Source: Trichoplax adhaerens (lineage: Eukaryota > Animalia > Placozoa). From it: a stretch of DNA of 64,000 nt. The notes beneath the pieces were generated by a model. The model saw only the letters and a list, made by a program, of their open reading frames with translations, had not been told where the DNA came from and made no database searches. How positions within the stretch are numbered: position 1 is the stretch's first letter; each line of letters begins with the position of its first letter. The translations under genes were made by a program, and so were the position numbers. Below, in pieces: positions 55,901 through 64,000 of the stretch. The DNA lies in assembly GCF_000150275.1 (NCBI RefSeq), contig NW_002060952.1, positions 2,351,128-2,415,127 of the forward strand, written 5' to 3'.

Positions 55901-58900
55901 TTGCGATCTGTTATCGTGATTTCCTTACTATTATTCTAATCTAAGTCTATTGAATATAAGCAATACTTTAAGAGAGTTTTTACGGTGGTCAATTCTTGAA
56001 GAAATCCTTATAAGCGTTATTATAATCCAATACCCTTTACGAATAGAGTTGTTCATCATAGCTCTTTAACCTATAATTATTTTGAATATCACTATAGTTT
56101 GCCATGTAGTACCTTTCGTAGCTGGTTCTTCTTCCAGATGAAAGTCTACTAATATAATTTGGAATTTATAATTAATTGCATTACATTGTCTTAATTATCG
56201 AATTTTATTAATCTATAATAGTTCTTCGAAAGTATGGACTCCAGTAAAGATATGAAAATAGATCTATCTAAAACGCCGGTCCATCATATTGCCTCAGTTC
56301 TGCGCTTATATCTTAGACAGGTAAAAATTCATCTTCCATATAGTATATAAATAAGATAGCATATTGCCAAACTCACTCGGGAAACGGATAAGCTATTCTA
56401 TTCATTTTTTGATAATTTATCAATCCTGTGATTCGAATAGACAAATCAAAATATTCTATTTCATAGTAAGCTGTATTACTGATAATTATAATTAATTTAC
56501 TAATGCCTATATTACTCTAAACTACAACAAAATGAGACTACTTTAGACTGGTTTAGATTTCAGCTGTGCTAAAATAAAATCTTAGCCAATAAATAAATTA
56601 ATGCAAAACAAATTTAAATATATTTCCAGCATAACAGAGACTGCAGTTTCTTTATAAGGCTTGCACATCTTTATCATTTTACCTTTCTATGTATTCTGTT
56701 GCCTCCAATAAGAACTAATGATATAAATCATATTTACAGACTGACAATGTAATACAAGATCTTTAAACGTTATTGAATGATTAAGAATGTATAACATTTT
56801 CTTTAAATGTTGATTAGCTGCCTGAGCCTTTATTGACTTTCCGATTTTATGAGCCTTTTATTGAATTGGCAAAGGTTAGAATAGCTTTTGATAAAGTTAC
56901 CTAGAAAGAAAATATACTCTATTTACTTTCATATACATCAGTTTATATATATATGATAATTTTTAAACCTATTTCTACTACTCATTAGGAAAGCTTTAAA
57001 ATGCCAGAAGAGGAACTCATAAAAGAAGCTATAAGATTAGTGGAGAAGCTACCAGAATCGAATTACAAAACCTGTCAAAAAATTGTTGCTCATTTAAAAC
57101 GGTAATTTTTATTAATTTTTTCGATAGGTGATCCAATTTTATAGATCTTCATGATCATAACTTAGAAATTGCTATTCTCTATCGTTAGAATCCATGATAA
57201 TTACGAGGATAATAAAATGTCGGCTGCCAATTTAGGAATCGTTTTTGGGCCAACTATACTAGGTCGACGGTAAGAAATATTTCATGCAATACTATATTCT
57301 AATCGATAGACTTGATGAGATGTAATAGAAAGATCTGAGCTTGATAGATTTATCTATTCTAATGCATAAACTTCTGGAAATAAAGTATAATAAACTGTAT
57401 TTAGATAGATTCATCTGTTTTAATAAATAGATTTTTTTTTAAATGTCGCTAGACATGATAGATTTATCTACTTTAGTAGATAAACATTTGAAATGCTGCA
57501 TCATTAGTTGAAATTGATACATTAATCTATTCTAATAGATACGATTCTTGAAATTTAGTATCATGAGCTGAAATTAATAGGTTTGTCTATTCTAATAGAC
57601 AGTACTTTCAAATACAGCATCGCTTGATGACCTTGATAGATTCATCCAATGCACACCGAATAATCTTGATATAATATAGCATAATAGTTAAATTTGATAA
57701 CTTCATCTATGCTCCAATGGATAACTTTGATAAAATATAACTTAGCAAGTTGAACTTGACATATTCTTTTATTCTCCGATGAATAGATTTTTGAAATATA
57801 GTGTTAAGTTAAGAAATATGATAATTCTATAAGATACCGGTACTTTACTTTTTGAACCTGTACCAGTTCAACATCAAGATACTGGAGAAAATTGTCATCA
57901 AACTCAGAATTTACGTAGATGAAGAGATTGATACCTTAACTTTCTTTAATAGTCAAACGGAAGATGCAAAAGAAGGCTACAAGGATATGAGTTTCCAAGC
58001 TAGAATGGTTGAACTCCTAATTTTAAATCAAGCAAAAATATTCCGATATACACAAGAAGATACGGAAACTAATGACGAGCAAGACGAGAATGCAGCGCTC
58101 GAAAATTCAACTACTGTTTCAAGCGATGATCCGTCCGATCCTTCTCATCTAACCACGTCTGGAAATAAATCCTCTGATGATTTATCCGCCACAAGCAAAT
58201 CTAATGACAGTCAACCCCTTCCTGTATATTACACGATATTGATTTCATTTTTGATGCTGTCATAATTATCCTATTCAACATTTTAAAAACAAAATATTAA
58301 CAGTTAATGCTATTTCTTTCCTATCAAATCTTTATAGCAGAATGAAAATGTCGATTACCCCGATAATACAGAAGATATTTCAAGTGATGATGACAGCGAA
58401 TATGATTCTGATTTTATCACTGTCCACCATAATCAAACCAAGAACGAGTAAGTTCTAAAATTGCTATAAATAGGATTTAATTAAAGTGTTGCAAACTGCT
58501 CATCAACAATGGCATATATTTACTAAAGCCAACTCAATTTCGATCCTTATAAAAATAACTAGGGACCAACTAAAACGAAAAAATTCAATCAAACACGAAA
58601 TTAAAAACAGCAATGACTTGGATTATGTGCCACCTGTAAGTTTTTGTGCTTTTAAAGCCTCTATGTGTAAATTACAATATTTTACGTGTCGATATTTTTT
58701 GCGAGATAGGCAATATACCATGAATCTAATGACGATTTCATGCAAGAGGAAGATGAATTAAATAATAGCCAAATATCTTTTAGCACCGGAAGTTTAAGTA
58801 ATTAATTTTCTAATTATTGCTTAAATGATCATCGAATACAGAATAACTAAACGAATAACTCATCCCAACTTTCACTAGAATCAGATGAATATATGGAATT

Positions 58901-59510
58901 CCTGTCTACAGAATCTGCTCAAGATGTGATGACCAAATCATCATCTCATAATATTATTAGAGAAGTTACGACAAGAAAAGCGCATCGATCAGCAAGCGAT
59001 ATTGGAAGATATAATGATAAACGTTTAGCTAGGCTAGACTTTAATCCACCTCTTACTTTACCGATAAACCCTATCCCGTTCACCTATCCGCCAAAGCCTG
59101 TAACACCTAGCAGTCAATCTATAACGTTAAATAAATCAGTTTCTGTTCCTGACCGAGAACCGAATTATGCTAAACCTTCAATAGCCGGTGACCACTTTGA
59201 TCCTGTTTATGAATACAGGAATGAATCTCTTAACGATCCAAATCATGCTTACAATAAACCTCATCATTCTCCAAGTGAAAGTAACTTAACTGCTAACTTG
59301 CGCCAACGACAATATGAACAATTATCGCAACAGCAAACTACCAATGTCAATACTTTCCGATCATCTAAACTACGTCATCGACACTCGCTAGATCATCAAC
59401 GTGCTGGGATTTATAGAGAACATTTACGTGAACGTGGATATAGCACAACTAATTCAGAATTTGCTGCTACAAATAGCGGTGACGAAAACCCTAGGGTAAA
59501 ATATGTTTGA
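46982..59510 (+). CDS. ARHGAP45: F-BAR / C1 / RhoGAP protein, ARHGAP29(PARG1)/ARHGAP45(HMHA1)/GMIP family, about 27 coding exons
   Basis: F-BAR IDHLLQKTDNSMEISLQYAKSWLKYAKEISTYVEKRSRLELDYAKSLSKLAQ...PFLPLQSVF...EPLNTRRNEHDAARK (exons 49100-52572). C1 KTHVLRKLKSPSRCQECDSFLYFSGAECERCGLTCHKKCLEKLSISC (54426-54792). RhoGAP FGVD...VPIIVSVCINEIDKRGLKTQGIYRISG...ASVLRLYLRQLPEPLL...NKMSAANLGIVFGPTIL (54921-57269), continuing in the exon at 57952. Terminal exon 58879-59510 ends PRVKYV. Probably co-orthologous to the three vertebrate paralogues, so the symbol is approximate. Confidence 0.93.
50510..50720. repeat. Intronic two-copy duplication, ~106 bp
   Basis: AACTAATAG(C/T)TAAAA(A/G)TTGT(A/G)CAA...AATTTGATCCTCTTGT(A/G)AATATTAA...TATGCGATAC occurs twice. 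Confidence 0.85.
53230..53855. repeat. Intronic minisatellite, ~55-60 bp unit (~11 copies)
   Basis: CCTAAGATT.TGGCCATAATTTATCTATT.ATTTTT.TTTTATTGCAAAGATC variants at 53290, 53349, 53409, 53466, 53518, 53573, 53629, 53682, 53733 and 53792. Confidence 0.88.
55136..55149 (+). CDS. 14-nt microexon of the RhoGAP gene (encodes (G)LKTQ)
   Basis: Polypyrimidine tract and TTGCAG|GTTTAAAAACTCAG|GTACT. It is needed to join ...DKR-G (phase 1, 55036) to GIYRISG (phase 0, 55494). Confidence 0.88.
57285..57810. repeat. Intronic minisatellite, ~59 bp unit (~8 copies)
   Basis: GATAGATT(T/C)ATCT(A/G)TTCTAATAGA variants at ~57342, 57403, 57457, 57516, 57576, 57635 and 57696. Confidence 0.85.
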
Positions 59511-62321
59511 AAGTATAAATGAGACATAAGATTGTCAATTTTATAGCATAAAAACTAATAATATAGGAAGAAAGCTGTACTGAAATGATAATTATTTTAC
59601 AAGTCCAATTTTACTAGTACTCCGTTAGTAGGTGCAACAGCTTTCCTTCATCACTCTTTATTTGCCATTATGAAATAAGCTATCTAAGGTAGCAATAATT
59701 AGAATAAGAATTTTTTAGACTTAATAATTGACAAATATTTCCATCATTCGATGACAATATCTAATATTAAGATATTGAGAATTTTCGTTAGGATGATTAA
59801 CTGTCTTAGCTACCCAGATACAGTGTTAGAAAAATGGATCAGAAACAATACGCACTCAATTTTCTATATATATATATACATGTAATTATTAGATTGTAGC
59901 CATGATAACAGCAACAATGATGAAAATGTCAGTTCAATGTCTATGTTTATTATTTGTTAAGGTTGATCATAATGTTATAAAATATTAGCAGAACAAATTA
60001 AACGTGAATAAGCGGTTGTATGACAAGACTACTTGCTGTTAGTAAATGGTGTATTATGATCACATTGCTATTAATTGTAATTTTATATCATGATGGTGAT
60101 ATAGTACAGTAGGTAATTTAAACATTCTTATTGATTTTATACAACCTAATACGGTTATAAAATTGCAGTAAAGTCATAGATTCAAAACTAATAGGGCATA
60201 AATTGCGCTATTTTATATATACTCCTATACCCGCCGTATACGTTGAGCAAGGGAGACGAAATTTTATAACACCCAAAAAATGGATCTGGCTTGCAGTCGA
60301 TAGCTCAAAAATGAAGAGCTACTGTGGAAATTAGTAAGATACCTATAAAAGTTTCATCGCTCTATCCTCATTGAATATGCTTGGAATAGATTTATTATAT
60401 CGTAAATCTACTTGCTATTCTATATTATCGTATTCAAGATCTATAGCAACGATCATCATGTACCTTGCATTTATAATATTAGCTGTATTTTGATCATGCT
60501 GAAACAGGACAAGTACATGTAAATAGTTGACAATAAATATTCGTCAACAATAATTTTAAACATATAAAATTATAAAAAAAAATTGATTCTGCTATAACTT
60601 TTTCTTCAAAATAAGAGGTTTTTTATTATCTATACTATATTTCGTCTTGGTATTTATTAATTCTTACTAATAGTAACTATGAAGTAAACTTTAAAGTTAC
60701 CTATTTTATGATATATAAATTTTTTGGATATGAAAACGTAGCTTTATTATATAATCAAGATATTAGTGGATCAATTTTTTATTGACTTATACTTTCCATT
60801 ATAAAATCTATTGCATAGGAATGGCACAATATTGGTAAGGATAAATTCTGATTAGAATTTGATAATTAAGAAATAGGGAGTCGATTAGAGTATCAAAATA
60901 ATAATATCCAAAAGTGATAAGAACATTTATTGTGTATAGCAAGACTGGCACTTGTCGACTGCCTAAATGATATTATGCAGCACCGTATTAGCCAATTTTA
61001 ATTACACTTTGGTTATGTGACGATAGATAGAATTTTGGGGAGTTTTTTAAATAAAGCTATTATAAAGAATTGACTCGTGCCCATCGCTTATGTAATATTG
61101 CAATCTTTTAGCGCTGTAGAATTTATATTTTACTGAAATACAGACTAAAGGCATCCAATCCATACTGATGATGATGATAGATGATCTCATTCTAACAGTA
61201 TAACCGAAAATTTAGGCATTTTATTATCGCTGTTGACTTATCTCTATGATAGACCATTCTATAGGCATACCGCACCAGCATTCAATAGAGTATTGCTGAT
61301 GTAAATTTTTCTATAACGTCTATAATTGAATTACATTGATCACCAGTTCTCTAGCTATCTTATTAAGTTAAAAGAAGTTGATATCTGCAAGATCAGTTCT
61401 TATATTTACATCATGTATGATTTCTCTGAATTATACCAAAGATGCATGCCTAGATATCTTATGATAATCTCCAGAACGCCCTATCGGTAATAAGAATAGA
61501 TATGCTAAATCTTTAATATATCTTTTTTTGTAAACTATGGCTACATTCGGTATTCTATGCGATCAGCAATAAGATATAGGTGCAAAATCTACTGTACGTA
61601 TTGTCTTTTTCCTTCGAATTATTCTGATACTGAGTGGCCCAAACATCAATACTACGGATCACAGAAAGACCAAATTTACAACAAGCGCTAATACAAAAGT
61701 CTACTTTATTAAGTATATCTATGTATATTTCATAGCCACAATAACAAATTTTCAATGGTGCTCATAAAGTTTATTTTAATTAAAATTCGCTAAACCCATA
61801 TCATTAGAAGATTATCACATCCTAATAGAGTTTATGGACTTGTTAATCAGCTAATTATATTATGAAAAAATTTTACGAATGACCACCATTAATTATTAAT
61901 TATTTAATTAGTTACTATCCTATAATCAAGCACTCTTACTACTCAAGATTATGTGACTATAACTTCAATAAATTTTATAAACGGATAGAAATTGTCTTAC
62001 CAATAAGATATAATGCACAAGTAAGGTGATGCTCCTTTCAAGAACCAAATTAATCTCGTTAATTATGGATGCAATATCTTACTATTATACAACAGAAATA
62101 CCTTACTCACAGACAGTTCTTCACACAGTAATTATTTAAAATATACATATATAATAATAAATCGATTTAAATCAAATTAGAACCAGAAATCAAATAATAT
62201 CTAAGAATTGATGTATTGCAAACTATTGACATGGATTCAAGTTGCAATTATTAAAGTAATATGCTATCTACTCGCATGAGCATCTCTGCAAAGAACTTAT
62301 TAAGTTGCTAAAGGGTTAAGC

Positions 62322-64000
62322 TTAATGGTTTTGAAGCGGTTGCAGGATGGAATCCTTCAATTCGTCTTTAAAAGAGCGGGTCATACCTTCCGTACTATCT
62401 GTAGCACTCTCATATTTTATTGATGTATAAATAGAGTAATTTTTGTCTCTTAAAATTGTATTACCTACTGTAATGAATATAATCTTACAATGATCGATGC
62501 CATCACCCGTACTTTCAATTATAGGAAAGTTTCGATACCAATCACCCTCTTCAAAATTTTTATTCGCTATCACGACCACTTTATGACAAATGCGAATGAA
62601 ATGATCGATGTTCCACATTTTGGTTTTACCAATAATAAAGTGTCGACCTCGTCGCAATACATTATACTTTCCAATCTTCAAGATCTCTTCAGCTATAGTT
62701 TTTGCAAAATCATGTTCTTGTCTTTCATGATAGACGAGTATCTTTGGTAATTGAAGATTCTGGTGAGTTTCTATATTAAACGATCAACACATATTTATTA
62801 ATACTATTACCTCTTGCTAATATTATACGTTAGGCATATATGCGTATAATGACAAACAGTGAATAATTTACACTCGGTTTTGAAGGATTGGTTGCAACCA
62901 TACTATCTTCACAAGTCTAACATGGAAATTTCCATGTCGTACTACAGAAAAGTATGCGTGAGTATTCGATATTTTTAGATGTATATATAGAACTAGCGGA
63001 ATTTTTTCATGTCATCATGGTTGCAATACTAACTGCATCGCCTATACTAAACAATCAAAACATGTACATTAATACTTTTAACGGAACTAGTGGGAATCTC
63101 TGTGTGCCATCATGGTTGCAATGCCATCTGCATTGTCTATTCGACAACTGGGATTAGAAAAATTGAATATTGCGTTGAAGTATCTAAAAGTACATACTGA
63201 ATTATAATAGATATTGCCGTCTCTATTCGATGGAGGATATTAGCTTAGCATACTGCCAGTGTAGTATGCGATATCGAGGTATAAGATTTAGGCAACCTTA
63301 TCTACTCCATACTCCATTACAGCAATCATTAAAATATTTAACTGCACTGCGAGAGATGTGTCCATAAGAGCACTTAAATATACTTTAGCTCAGATTATTT
63401 ATATAACTACGCTACAAGATGTTGAATTAAATCATGATATTATCAGATATGGCACCAATAGATACATTAGTATGACGTTACTCTTGAAATAGGGAATAGA
63501 AATGTATAATATTTTATACTAGTAGAGATCGTTACAGCTAATAGCGTATCTCCTTTTATTTACCAGGTGCTGTAGTGGGAGGGTTTTGATCTCTATTTCT
63601 TCCATTTCTCAATATCTCCATGACTTTCTTTGCTACTTCAGGCCATTCCATATAGCAATTCTCGATAACCCTTGTATCTTCCTGATCTCTATACATTGCT
63701 TGCAAGAGATTAGCATTAGGGAGGTTCTTGAATTCTTCCGTCGACAAATCGCTTAGTACAATAACCAGTTTATCGAAGATATTTTTCTTAACTAGTATAG
63801 AATCAATCACCGAACTACGGTTTTTCAATAGAAGCTTGGATAAAAATATAAGGAAATAATTCGAATTGGTAATAGCTTTCTCTATTTCTCTAACATTGCT
63901 AGCTCCTGGTAGCTGCTCTTCAGTCTTGCAAAAGTTTTCTTGAATCTTATTAATTTCTTCTTGTAAAGGACTGGCATCGCTTCTCTTCTCTTCGGGAGCA
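62322..64000 (-). CDS. Tandem TIR-domain protein, 3' part (5' end outside window); exons >64000-63564 and 62770-62322
   Basis: Upstream exon: ...CKTEEQLPGASNVREIEKAITNSNYFLIFLSKLLLKNRSSVIDSILV...KLVIVL (BB-loop PG, alphaB, betaC). Its phase-1 donor CCTG|GTAAAT joins the phase-1 acceptor TATAG|AAACT. Terminal exon: KILVYHERQEHDFAKTIAEEILKIGKYNVLRRGRHFIIGKTKMWNIDHFIRICHKVVVIANKNFEEGDWY...KIIFITV, matching the TIR consensus (xDRDFxPG...NIxxxIxxSxKVIxVxSxNFxxSxWC). Confidence 0.8.

Noticed and set aside
62880-63150. Candidate extra minus-strand exons between the two TIR exons (TTGCAACCA repeats)
   Set aside because: The phase-1 readings I tried after the AG acceptors run into stops or lack a good donor; this is more likely a small intronic repeat.
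62490-63157. Plus-strand ORFs 62490-62750 and 62954-63157
   Set aside because: Antisense shadows of the TIR exon and its intron, with no protein-like motifs.
583-64000. Idea that the LRRCT/SRCR receptor and the TIR-TIR gene form a linked split Toll-like system
   Set aside because: They are ~50 kb apart with two unrelated genes between them, and the receptor tail has no adaptor-binding domain. Proximity alone is not evidence in a eukaryote.

Overview
AT-rich, intron-dense eukaryotic (animal) genomic DNA with one 50-N scaffold gap (5675-5724). Composition, short GT-AG introns and gene content suggest an early-branching metazoan, most plausibly a placozoan such as Trichoplax (inference, not verified). 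I reconstructed four spliced genes by hand. (1) 583-11386 (+), 17 exons: a type-I membrane receptor with an unusual architecture, signal peptide - degenerate LRR/LRRCT - furin site (RSRRKR) - MAM - kringle - SRCR - Pro/Thr/Ser stalk - SRCR - MAM - TM - short tail ending in a PDZ ligand (STNV). (2) 26255-33204 (+): a C1orf87-like degenerate EF-hand protein. (3) 46982-59510 (+): an F-BAR/C1/RhoGAP protein of the ARHGAP29/ARHGAP45/GMIP family, with a 14-nt microexon just before the arginine finger. (4) 62322->64000 (-): the 3' end of a tandem TIR-TIR protein. Intron 1 of gene 1 holds a 588-bp solo LTR (TGTCAC...GTGACA, ATGAA target-site duplication, TATA and AATAAA). Non-coding DNA contains many unrelated, degenerate tandem-duplication arrays, some with higher-order dimer structure. 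One array contains a perfect 32-bp palindrome and another a loxP-like hairpin. I saw no rRNA, tRNA or CRISPR array. Most short ORFs in the supplied track are chance or shadow ORFs, or exon read-throughs.
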